Shown here: in pieces, positions 1 to 8,483 of the stretch
Layout of the letters: each line of letters starts with the position of its first letter
Position numbering within the stretch: position 1 is the stretch's first letter
DNA from: Thermoplasmatota archaeon
GTDB lineage: Archaea > Thermoplasmatota > Thermoplasmata > UBA10834
DNA length: 64,000 nt
Direction: 5' to 3'
Assembly (NCBI GenBank): GCA_040751795.1
Contig: JBFMHR010000005.1
Span: 96,001 to 160,000 of the forward strand
Notes under the pieces: generated by a model
The model's input: only the letters and a program-made list of their open reading frames with translations
What the model was told of the DNA's origin: nothing
The model's database searches: none
Translations under genes and position numbers: made by a program

Positions 1-279
1 CAGGACCAGGAGGAGGCCGAGCCTCCTGAGCCCCTTCGCCTCGTCCCCCCTGTCCCCGGGCCTGGCGAGGGCGAGGAGTATCCTCCAGAGCTGCCTCCTG
101 AAGTAGACGCAGACCGCAAGGAGCGTGCCCATGTGGACGGCGAGGTCGAAGACGAGGTTCTCCGACGCCTCCAGCCCGAGGAGCTCCTGGGCTATGACGA
201 GGTGCCCGGAGCTGGATATCGGGAGCCACTCGGTGATGCCCTGGACTATCCCCAGGATGAGCGCTTGGAGCGCGTCCAT
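1..279 (-). CDS. uppP: Undecaprenyl-diphosphate phosphatase (BacA/UppP), 3' part outside the window
   Basis: Not in the ORF track. Manual translation from ATG at 279 gives [27 protein letters not shown]...VHMGTLLAV, the BacA signature. Confidence 0.9.
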   Translation of the reverse strand, partial: MDALQALILGIVQGITEWLPISSSGHLVIAQELLGLEASENLVFDLAVHMGTLLAVCVYFRRQLWRILLALARPGDRGDEAKGLRRLGLLLVL

Positions 280-462
280 GCCAGTGGCTGAGGCGCGTGT
301 CCCCTATTCAACCTTGCGAGCGCCTGCCTCGTTATCCAAACTGAGATTGCAGGGATAACGTATTTATCTCCACGAATAGGTAAGTCGGCCTAGCGCGGAG
401 CCAGCGGAGGCGTGGCTAACACGCTGGCCCACGTGACGACCTGCGCGACCAAAGGTGCACCG

Positions 463-2622
463 ATGCGGCTAGCGTTGTTCATGAGCGTCATATTCTCGTT
501 GGCCATAGTGCTGGCGGGACCAGTGCAGCCCACGCCGCCGGAGTCGCACGTCCAGAACGTCGTCGCCGAAGTCGCCGCCGACATAGACCAATCCGTCTCA
601 GAGGTGGTGGTCGAGGTCGCAGGACCCGACGCCTACGACGCGGTCGAGTCGCTCGTGCTGTCGGGCGGCGCTTCGATCAGCTACTCGTCCAGGGCGACCG
701 GGATCATGTCCGTCTCCATGGACGGCGCCCGTGAGGGCCTGGTCGACGAGATCTCCGCGGTCCAGGGCGTCGTCAGCGTCTCCCCCGAGAGGAAGGCGCG
801 GCTGCTCTTCGACCCGGACGACCCGTGGACCTCCTACCAGTGGGCGCTGGACGAGGTCGAGGCATATGACGCGTGGGACATCGACCTGGGCAGCCACGAC
901 GTCATCGTCGCGGTGCTCGACACGGGCATAGACTGGAACCACGCGGACATCTCCCCCAACATCTGGTCCAACGGCGACGGCTACCACGGGTACAACTTCA
1001 TCGACGACAACTGGTTCCCCATGGACGACAACGTCAACGGCTACGACGAGAACGGGGACTGGGTCGCCAACATGTACACCTACCACGGGACGCACGTCGC
1101 GGGCGTGGTCGGGGCCGCCACCGACAACGGCATAGGCATGGCGGGCCTGGCCCAGGTCCGCCTGATGGCCGTGAAGGTGATGAACGACTCCGGCGAGGGG
1201 ACCGACTCCACCGTCGCGAGCGGGATAAGGTGGGCGACGGACAACGGCGCCCACGTCATAGTCATGAGCCTCGGCGTCGAGGGAATCTCCCTGCCCCTGC
1301 AGAACGCCGTCAACTACGCCGCCAGCAGGGGGGTCGTCCTGGTCGCCGCCGCGGGCAACGACGGGACCAGCGTCCTCAGCTACCCGGCCGCGTTCCTGAA
1401 CGTCATCGCCGTGGGCGCGATAGACGACACCGAGCGCAGGGCGAGCTTCAGCAACTTCGGCACCGAGCTGGACGTCGTGGCCCCCGGCGTGAACATCTAC
1501 TCCACCCAGGGCGGCGGGAGCTACCAGTACCTGTCGGGCACATCCGCGGCCGCGCCGCACGTGGCGGCCGTGGCCGCCCTCATGCTCACCGTGAACCCGG
1601 CCCTCACCCCCGAGGACGTCGGGCAGATCATCAACGAGACCGCGAACGACCTGAGCATCCCCGGCTGGGACACGGGCACGGGGTGGGGCGTCGTGAGCGC
1701 CTTCGGGGCGATAGAGGCGGTCGCGGACCCGACCGTGACCATCACGGACTTCCCGGAGTACGTCGAGCCGAACGGCACCTATTCGATCACATGGCTCGTG
1801 AGCGGGGGCGACCCCGGCACGATCACCGACACGTACCTCCAGTGGGGCTTCGCCTCCGGCGACGTCGACGGGACGTCGGGCTCCTTCTCCGGCACGACCT
1901 GGGCCGAGTTCACCGTCGAGGGGCTGCCCTCCCTCCCGGGCAACGGGACGATCTACCTCACCGCCTTCGCGGTCGTCGACGGGACCACCTACTCCTCGGA
2001 GGAGCTGGAGATACCCGTCATGGAGGCCCCGGACGACAACCTCTTCATGCAGTTCATCCGGGACGTCCAGGACTTCATATTCGACGAGCTGGGGGTGTTG
2101 AACTTCCTCCTCATCATGTGCGTCCTCGTCGCCGTCCCGGTCATAGCGGTCGTGGCCAGGTCGAGGAGCCGCAGGCTCGCCGCCGCGAGGGCGAGGGCCG
2201 AGGCCGTCAGGCTGGCCCAGGCCCGCTCGACCCTCGAGGGGTACCAGCAGGTCCAGGGGGGCCCGCGCCTCCCGCCGCCACCGCCCCCGCCGCCGAGGTT
2301 CGAGGCGTACGTGGACATCGTCGGCTCGAACGTCGTGCCGCAGGTCGTGAAGGTGGTCGAGGGGACCAAGGTCGTGTGGGTGAACAGGACCTGGGCCCCG
2401 CCGCCCGGCTCGAGCGTGAAGAGCGGGACGGTCGACGCCTCGGGGGAGCACCACGACGGCCTGTTCTCGAGCGGCCTCCTCATAGCGCCGGGGGACTACT
2501 GGAGCTGCACCTTCCACAGGGCGGGCGAGTACCCCTACTACCTCACGAACGTGTGGAGGTCGGGAACTGTGATTGTGGAACGATATAGAGACTCCCCGCA
2601 ATCGAGTAGTCCTGACGCCTGA
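463..2622 (+). CDS. S8 subtilisin-like protease with signal peptide, TM helix, Pro linker and C-terminal cupredoxin-like domain
   Basis: Triad motifs VAVLDTG, HGTHVAG and GTSAAAPHVA, plus oxyanion AAGN. TM LNFLLIMCVLVAVPVIAVVA, then PPPPPPP. ATG 463 preferred over 412. Confidence 0.92.
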   Translation: MRLALFMSVIFSLAIVLAGPVQPTPPESHVQNVVAEVAADIDQSVSEVVVEVAGPDAYDAVESLVLSGGASISYSSRATGIMSVSMDGAREGLVDEISAVQGVVSVSPERKARLLFDPDDPWTSYQWALDEVEAYDAWDIDLGSHDVIVAVLDTGIDWNHADISPNIWSNGDGYHGYNFIDDNWFPMDDNVNGYDENGDWVANMYTYHGTHVAGVVGAATDNGIGMAGLAQVRLMAVKVMNDSGEGTDSTVASGIRWATDNGAHVIVMSLGVEGISLPLQNAVNYAASRGVVLVAAAGNDGTSVLSYPAAFLNVIAVGAIDDTERRASFSNFGTELDVVAPGVNIYSTQGGGSYQYLSGTSAAAPHVAAVAALMLTVNPALTPEDVGQIINETANDLSIPGWDTGTGWGVVSAFGAIEAVADPTVTITDFPEYVEPNGTYSITWLVSGGDPGTITDTYLQWGFASGDVDGTSGSFSGTTWAEFTVEGLPSLPGNGTIYLTAFAVVDGTTYSSEELEIPVMEAPDDNLFMQFIRDVQDFIFDELGVLNFLLIMCVLVAVPVIAVVARSRSRRLAAARARAEAVRLAQARSTLEGYQQVQGGPRLPPPPPPPPRFEAYVDIVGSNVVPQVVKVVEGTKVVWVNRTWAPPPGSSVKSGTVDASGEHHDGLFSSGLLIAPGDYWSCTFHRAGEYPYYLTNVWRSGTVIVERYRDSPQSSSPDA

Positions 2623-2708
2623 TATCGAGTTCTATCTTGAGTACTGTCCAGATTCGAGAGTCACACATCTGGAGCAACTATGCGGCTTCTTCTATCACCT
2701 CAATCCAC

Positions 2709-3644
2709 TTACTGACCCGGCTCCCAAGTGAATCTGGAAGTGATGGTATCGCACCTTGAACAAGGAGAGAGGTTTCTTCTGCCATTCGTATTCAATTCGT
2801 TTCTGATCCTCGCTAGCTGTTTCCCTCTCCAGATATCGATCATTGTCTCTTTGTTCATATCGCCAACGATGTTCTCATAATAGACATCATTGCAGCAAAT
2901 ATGGACGAGTCCAGAGGAATTGACATTGAATTGTCTGAATGGCCAACTGCACCATCTCTTCTGCGTTATCCAATCATCAACTCTCCATGTACTCTCTCCC
3001 AACCTGTTGGGTGCATTTCCTCCGCGCCTCGTCAGTCTTGCATTCTTGTCCCTGAGCTGAAAGACAATCGTCAAATCCTTTTCAATCTGAGTTCCGCGGA
3101 TATCTGAGAGCAATTGCTGCATTCTCGCGCTCATCTTCATGTCATCGGTATAGTCATTTATTCGCAGCAATGCCTTGCCATTCAGTCCATTGGAGTAAAG
3201 CTCAGTGAGCTTGTCAAAGTCGAGTAGTATGCCATTGGTCCATACCCCAATGCCTGCATGTGGTAAGTTCATCCTGATCTCGGATATGAACGACGCCATC
3301 CTTGAATCTAGCAGGGGTTCATTGTTATGGAACGGGTATATCCATCCCGTGTATCTGAGTTGCTTAAGTTGCCTCACTATCTCTGAGAATATCTCCTCCT
3401 TTAGATGGATGGGTTTCCGCTTATCAACATGCATATTTGCCGGGCAAAATGCGCAATCATTGTTGCATCGATTGAAGGTCTCAATCTCCACATGGTTGAA
3501 CAGAGGTGGATCATAGGGATTCCAGTTGCATGAATTCCTCTTAATCTCGCCGTGAACTGTGACTGCCAGTTCGGATATGAGGGGGATGTGATATCTCTTG
3601 AAGTAATGGAATGGTTGTTGCGTCTCGATTACCGTCACCGGCAA
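2709..3644 (-). CDS. Radical SAM protein with SPASM/twitch domain
   Basis: CNNDCAFC (CxxxCxxC) and NEPLLD. C-terminal CSWPF...G.VHICCND...PCSRC. Lower GC than its flanks. Confidence 0.88.
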   Translation of the reverse strand: MPVTVIETQQPFHYFKRYHIPLISELAVTVHGEIKRNSCNWNPYDPPLFNHVEIETFNRCNNDCAFCPANMHVDKRKPIHLKEEIFSEIVRQLKQLRYTGWIYPFHNNEPLLDSRMASFISEIRMNLPHAGIGVWTNGILLDFDKLTELYSNGLNGKALLRINDYTDDMKMSARMQQLLSDIRGTQIEKDLTIVFQLRDKNARLTRRGGNAPNRLGESTWRVDDWITQKRWCSWPFRQFNVNSSGLVHICCNDVYYENIVGDMNKETMIDIWRGKQLARIRNELNTNGRRNLSPCSRCDTITSRFTWEPGQ

Positions 3645-3795
3645 GGCTATCAGATCCGTTCTCCCTTGCCAATGCCGTCCAGGTCTATGGATTTTGTGAT
3701 TGCCTGATACACGGGCACAGTTCGATTCCAGTGGCAGACGCCATCAAATGCATAAGATGGGTGGCTTCTGAAAACCATGTAAGAAGATTTGGGAA

Positions 3796-3933
3796 GTGAG
3801 CCCGCGCCCCGGGTCTGGACGCCTCCGAGCGCCTCGACGGCCGCGCAGACGAACGCTCGCGGTCGCCTGTGACGGGCCTCTGTCAGGGCCGCCTCGGCGC
3901 CTTTCAGCCTCCTTCGCTGGGATGCGGGCTCAC
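3796..3933. other. GC-rich structured non-coding element (candidate ncRNA or 3' UTR fold)
   Basis: Perfect terminal IR gtgagcccgc (3796-3805) / gcgggctcac (3924-3933), with internal stems gccgcg/cgcggt and tgacgg/ctgtca. Confidence 0.35.
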
Positions 3934-3948
3934 CTCATTTTGTTTCGG

Positions 3949-4638
3949 TCACTTCCCGGACTGGACCTTGCCGTCCTGGCCGCCGTTGCACTCGCCGTTC
4001 TGCTCGCCTCCGGACTCGCCCTCCTCGGCAGTGTCGTCATCCTCGGGCTCGTCCTCGTAGTCGCAGTCAGCCGGCTCGTCCTCGGCGTCCTCGGTGGATG
4101 ACTGGTGGTCCTCGGAGTGCATCTCGCAGTTCTGCTGCTCAGAGCCTGCGTTGCGCTCGCGGTGCCTCCAGCAGTTCCCGTTCTGTTCCCCGTTGCCCTC
4201 CTGCTCGTCGTCGTCCTCGTCCTGGTCGTCGTCGCCCTCATCGTCATCGGCGTCGTCGTCATCGTCGGACTGGTCGTCGTCATCGTCGTCGGGGACCTCG
4301 TCGTCCTGCTCATCGTCATCCGGCAGCTCGTCGTCGTCCGATCCCTCGTCATCGTCTCCGTCAGGAACCTCGTCGTCGGATGTGTCGTCCTGGTCTCCGT
4401 CCGTCGTGTCGTCAGAATCGGACGTGTCGTCGGAGGAGCCGTCAGTATCGTCAGAAGAGGAATCGTCGTCGGCGGTGTCGTCCTGGCTGTCGTCGGGCAG
4501 TTGGTCATCCGCAGGGGGCGGGTCGATGTTGATGTCGGGCTTGTCATCGCCACCTATCAACGATACGACTAGCACCGCGGTAATGATGAGCGCGGCGCTG
4601 GCCACCACTGTGGTGCGCAACCTCTTGCTTAATCTAAT
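3949..4638 (-). CDS. Asp/Glu-rich low-complexity secreted or membrane-anchored protein
   Basis: Hydrophobic N-terminus followed by long D/E tracts, with a strong GGAGGTGA SD upstream. Start is either TTG 4620 or ATT 4638. Confidence 0.7.
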   Translation of the reverse strand: MRLSKRLRTTVVASAALIITAVLVVSLIGGDDKPDINIDPPPADDQLPDDSQDDTADDDSSSDDTDGSSDDTSDSDDTTDGDQDDTSDDEVPDGDDDEGSDDDELPDDDEQDDEVPDDDDDDQSDDDDDADDDEGDDDQDEDDDEQEGNGEQNGNCWRHRERNAGSEQQNCEMHSEDHQSSTEDAEDEPADCDYEDEPEDDDTAEEGESGGEQNGECNGGQDGKVQSGK

Positions 4639-4818
4639 CTAGTCACCTCCTCTGCCCCGCATCCCAAGGGGCTTGACAAGTGTTATGGCCGAAATGCTAT
4701 TTATATCCTCTGCGTCAGACAGCGTTTCCTGGCTGTCGAAAATGCTGTCAGACAGACCTCCGGGACGGCGCATCCTCTCTTATCCGGACCGGCGCGCCGA
4801 CGTGCGTGCGCGAGCCGC

Positions 4819-6273
4819 TCACGGCAGCGGCGGGAGGGGCTCCCCGCCGAGGCATTCGACGATCTCCGCGTACCCGTCGTAGAGTGCGGCCGCCCCCTCG
4901 TCGGAGAGGTGGCTCCCCTGGCTGGCCGCGCGCACCTGGTGGTAGAAGGCGTCCAGGAGGTTGAGGCATAGGTCGGTCTGGCCGAGGTCGAACGCGGCCT
5001 GAGCGACGATGATCTCCGCTATGAGCCCGTTCTCGGAATAGCCGGGGAACTCGTCTGAGTAGGCCTGCACTATCGGCAGCAGGTCCATGGGCTCGCACAG
5101 GTCCACGGGCGGCTCCTCGTCCCGCACCTCTACGAGCATCTCCACGGACGACATGGGCGCCTTCCCGTCCCACCCGCCGATCGCCAGGACGGTCCCGTTG
5201 GCGGTGACGGCGCTGCCGTGCATGCCCCGCGCCTTGGCCATCGCGTCCTCCACTCTCCACGAGAAATCGCACGGGCAGAGGCTCTCTGTCGAGTTGGACG
5301 TGCCCAGGGTGCTCCACGAGCCCGTGGACACGATCCATCCGGCCGGCAGCACCTCGAGTCCGAAATTGGCCCTGGGCGAGGCCATCCCGTCCACCGGGAC
5401 CCACATCCCCAGGCTCGGGCCGTACACCTCCGCCGACGACAGGACCGTCCCGTCGGAGACACCCCCGGAGACGAGGACGTCCCCGTCCCCGAGGACTGCC
5501 GACGACGCGCTGTAGCGCTTGTACGCCATGTCGGCGACGGAGCCCCAGGAGTTGCCGTCCGGGTCGTACTCCTCGCTCGTGCCCTCGGAGTCCCCTCCTA
5601 TGGCGAGGGCGCCCCCGTCGGGCAGCGGCTGGATCGTGAAGAAGGCCCTTGCATAGGCCATCGTGCCGGCGGGGACGAACGAGTGCGTGCCGGGGTCGTA
5701 GGCCTCGGCGTACTTCCACACGCCGGTCACCCAGTCGGTGCCTCCCGCTACGAGGACATCCCCGTCCCCCAGGCGCAGGGCGGCGTGCCCGGACCTCGCG
5801 AAGGCCATGTCGCCGACATAGAGGCATGCGCCGAGCCCGAGGTCCAGGACCTCCGCGGACGAGGTGGCGCCGGAGCCGGTGTCCCCTCCAGCGATGAGGA
5901 CGGTGCCGTCCGAGAGCAGGGTAGCCGTGTGGCCCACGCGGGCGACGTTCATGCTCGGTCCCGGCCTCCAGGAGTCGCCCTCGGGGTCGTACACCTCGGT
6001 CGTCTTGGTGGGCCCGGCGGTCGACATCCCGCCTATGACCAGAATGTCACCATCTGGCAGTTCTACAACCTGGGGCGATGAGCGCGGGAAGATCATGGGG
6101 GCGGCGTCGAACCAGAGGAGCGAAGTGCTCCCCGTGTCGAGGTCGGGGACCCTGTCGATCGGGAAGGTGGAGTAAGCGTACGGGGCTGCGCCTCCGAGGC
6201 CCATCACGAGGATGAGGGAGAGGACGGCCGCCGCTGAGCCCCTGAAGTCTCCCTTGGAATAGAGTGCATCCAC
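4819..6273 (-). CDS. Secreted Kelch-repeat beta-propeller protein with small helical (FIMAH-like) C-terminal domain
   Basis: Repeated R..H.A..L.DG.VL.GG...AE.YDP...W units and a signal-like N-terminus. Confidence 0.85.
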   Translation of the reverse strand: MDALYSKGDFRGSAAAVLSLILVMGLGGAAPYAYSTFPIDRVPDLDTGSTSLLWFDAAPMIFPRSSPQVVELPDGDILVIGGMSTAGPTKTTEVYDPEGDSWRPGPSMNVARVGHTATLLSDGTVLIAGGDTGSGATSSAEVLDLGLGACLYVGDMAFARSGHAALRLGDGDVLVAGGTDWVTGVWKYAEAYDPGTHSFVPAGTMAYARAFFTIQPLPDGGALAIGGDSEGTSEEYDPDGNSWGSVADMAYKRYSASSAVLGDGDVLVSGGVSDGTVLSSAEVYGPSLGMWVPVDGMASPRANFGLEVLPAGWIVSTGSWSTLGTSNSTESLCPCDFSWRVEDAMAKARGMHGSAVTANGTVLAIGGWDGKAPMSSVEMLVEVRDEEPPVDLCEPMDLLPIVQAYSDEFPGYSENGLIAEIIVAQAAFDLGQTDLCLNLLDAFYHQVRAASQGSHLSDEGAAALYDGYAEIVECLGGEPLPPLP

Positions 6274-6393
6274 TCCTGTCCCTCCCCCGGAACGGCTGTG
6301 CCCGCGCGGTCTCCCCGACGCTGCTAAGACAGGCCTTCGCTACGTACCCGAACGCGCAGCCCGATTATGCACTTTTCGATGCACTGACTCGGC

Positions 6394-7611
6394 TCACGCC
6401 TCGGCGGTCTCGTTCGCCTCGGGCTGCGGCTCGGGGGGCACCTCGACGATGGGCTCCACGACCTTCGCGGAGCGCTCGAGGAGGGCCAACTCCTTGGTGC
6501 TCAGGACCCGCGGGTCTATTACGACGACAATGGCGCAGTCGTGGGCGAGGACGAAGTCGTGAAGGTGGTTCACGAACCTCAGGACCGTCTCGAAGTCGTT
6601 CTGGGTGATGAGGTACTCCGCCCCCTCGATCAGCACGACGGTCTTGGCGCGGTCCTCGACGAACCTGGAGATCTTGAGGCTCACGAGGCTGAGCTCGGTG
6701 GGATCCACGTGGCTCGCGCCGGCCCTGCGGGTGAGCCAGAGGATGCTCTTCGCCTCGAACTCGTGCACCTCCTTGAGCCTGTTGGGGTGCTCCCTGGATA
6801 TGAGCATCCCCTCGGCGCCGTGGGCCACGGCCTCGTTGTACATGGAGAACGCGACGTTCGGCCTCTTCTCCTTGACCAGGTAGATGAACCCCCTCTCGAT
6901 GGGGAACTGCTCGCCCGGGAGGGGCCTCAGGACGGGGAACCCCTCGCCGTTCACGGCCGTCACCGCGGCTGCCCTTGCGGAGGCCCCGCCAGCGCCGGAG
7001 CCGCGCCTGTAGTAGAGCACCGCGCCTATGGCGCCGAGCGAGATGACCAGGGCCGCGGCGGCGATGTACGGGATGTAGTCGGTGGAGACGGTAGCGCCAT
7101 TGGTGGGCAGCTCCTGCTCCTCCGCCTCGACCACGAAGTCCCTGTAGGTTATGCCCGTGCCCCAGACATAGGAGATGTTCCCCCAGGCCGTGTGCACCAG
7201 GTAGTCGAGCCTGAAGTAGTAGCTGTATGTCTGGGCGCAGGCGTCGTCCGGCACGGTGAGGTTGACGGCGTAGGTCTCGATGCCGACCCCGTCGGGCGCG
7301 AGCCAGGAGGAGTTGCCCGAGACGTTGTTCCAGGCCCACTCGTTCGGGGCCATCCAGTAGAAGTGGACGCTGACGTTGGTCACCTTGACCATGTACGCCA
7401 ACGAGTCGTAGACGTAGTCCCCTGAGGCCATCTGGTTGACCACGGTGACCTCGATCGAGAAGTCGTCCCCGGCGCAGTAGGAGCTCTGGGCGGGGACGAA
7501 GCCGAAGTCGACGGATATGGCGTCCTCGAGGGCGGACGAGCCGGAGGACGCGGCTAGGAGCGCTAGCGGTATGAGCATCACTGCGAGAACGGGCCTCGGT
7601 GCCGCGGCCAT
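6394..7611 (-). CDS. Single-pass membrane protein with cytoplasmic DUF835 domain
   Basis: Signal peptide, extracellular beta domain and TM (YIAAAALVISLGAIGAVLYY). Then ISREHP..WLT..DPT.L..VVLIEGAEYLITQNDF, typical of DUF835. Confidence 0.85.
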   Translation of the reverse strand: MAAAPRPVLAVMLIPLALLAASSGSSALEDAISVDFGFVPAQSSYCAGDDFSIEVTVVNQMASGDYVYDSLAYMVKVTNVSVHFYWMAPNEWAWNNVSGNSSWLAPDGVGIETYAVNLTVPDDACAQTYSYYFRLDYLVHTAWGNISYVWGTGITYRDFVVEAEEQELPTNGATVSTDYIPYIAAAALVISLGAIGAVLYYRRGSGAGGASARAAAVTAVNGEGFPVLRPLPGEQFPIERGFIYLVKEKRPNVAFSMYNEAVAHGAEGMLISREHPNRLKEVHEFEAKSILWLTRRAGASHVDPTELSLVSLKISRFVEDRAKTVVLIEGAEYLITQNDFETVLRFVNHLHDFVLAHDCAIVVVIDPRVLSTKELALLERSAKVVEPIVEVPPEPQPEANETAEA

Positions 7612-7685
7612 CTCCCTTCCCCGACGCGGTCAGTGCGCGTCGTCACCCCAATCACCGAATCGCTACATAAACAGTTGGCCAACGG

Positions 7686-8162
7686 TCAGACCAGTACGCG
7701 CTTCTCCTCCTTGGTGATGTTGAGGACGACCTGCGTGTAGGTGCGGTCGACGTTCGGGTGGTCCAGGACCTTCTTGACGAAGGTGTTCAGCTCCGCCCTG
7801 GACTTGAACCTCGCCTCGACTATGGCGTCCCATTCTCCCGTGGAATCATAGACGGCGAACACCCCGGCCTCCTTGGCGAGGTCCTTCTCCGTGTCGATGA
7901 TCTTCCCGTGCATGACCTTGATGCCTATGACGGCCATGATGTCGTACCCGAGCTTGGTCGCGTCGACGACGGGGATGTAGCCCTGGATGATGCCGGTGCG
8001 CTCGAGGATCTTGACCCTGTTGGAGACGGTCGTGAGGGAGACCTGGAGCTCCTTGGCGATGTCCCTGAAGCTCTTGCGGGCGTTCTCGTTCAGGCTCCTG
8101 ATGATGTCCATGTCGAGCTCGTCCAGGTCCACGACGTCCGCGACCCTCTTTTCAGCCGCCAT
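7686..8162 (-). CDS. Lrp/AsnC family transcriptional regulator
   Basis: LDELDMDIIRSLNENARKSFRDIAKEL HTH and TGEWDAIV RAM domain. ATG 8162 preferred. Confidence 0.93.
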   Translation of the reverse strand: MAAEKRVADVVDLDELDMDIIRSLNENARKSFRDIAKELQVSLTTVSNRVKILERTGIIQGYIPVVDATKLGYDIMAVIGIKVMHGKIIDTEKDLAKEAGVFAVYDSTGEWDAIVEARFKSRAELNTFVKKVLDHPNVDRTYTQVVLNITKEEKRVLV

Positions 8163-8326
8163 CGGGACGCCCAAGCACTTCTGCTGATAAATATCTTGCA
8201 CCTGTACGCCCATTGTGTGGTCGAAATAGCGGGATTGCGCTAATATTATGGTCATTCGACCTGTTTTTCCCGAACAATGTTGATATATGGCCGAATACAT
8301 ACAGTACGTGCCGGAGGTCGTCAAGT

Positions 8327-8479
8327 ATGCCAGGGGATGCTATTTGTTCTGAGGCGCGCCTGAAGTACTGGGAGGAGGAGTGGCTGTCCCAGCTGATCTC
8401 GGAGGCGCTCCGGCTGAAGAAGCACGCCCCGGAGGAGGACAAGTCCGCGTCCTCCGTGAAGGGCCAGGACCTCTCGTGA
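8327..8479 (+). CDS. Small hypothetical protein (50 aa)
   Basis: GGAGGT SD at 8313-8318 before ATG 8327, backbone-like codon usage, divergent from the Lrp gene. Confidence 0.5.
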   Translation: MPGDAICSEARLKYWEEEWLSQLISEALRLKKHAPEEDKSASSVKGQDLS

Positions 8480-8483
8480 ACGG

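Noticed and set aside
598-2601. Long antisense and alternate-frame ORFs (667 aa, 571 aa) over the protease; similar ones at 46199-48190, 48563-49912, 57796-59403 and 62228-63808
   Set aside because: Shadow ORFs caused by high GC3. They have no motifs and overlap well-supported genes.
4190-4500. tcgtcg/gacgac repeats as a possible CRISPR or tandem array
   Set aside because: These are Asp codons of the acidic protein, with no constant repeat-spacer period.
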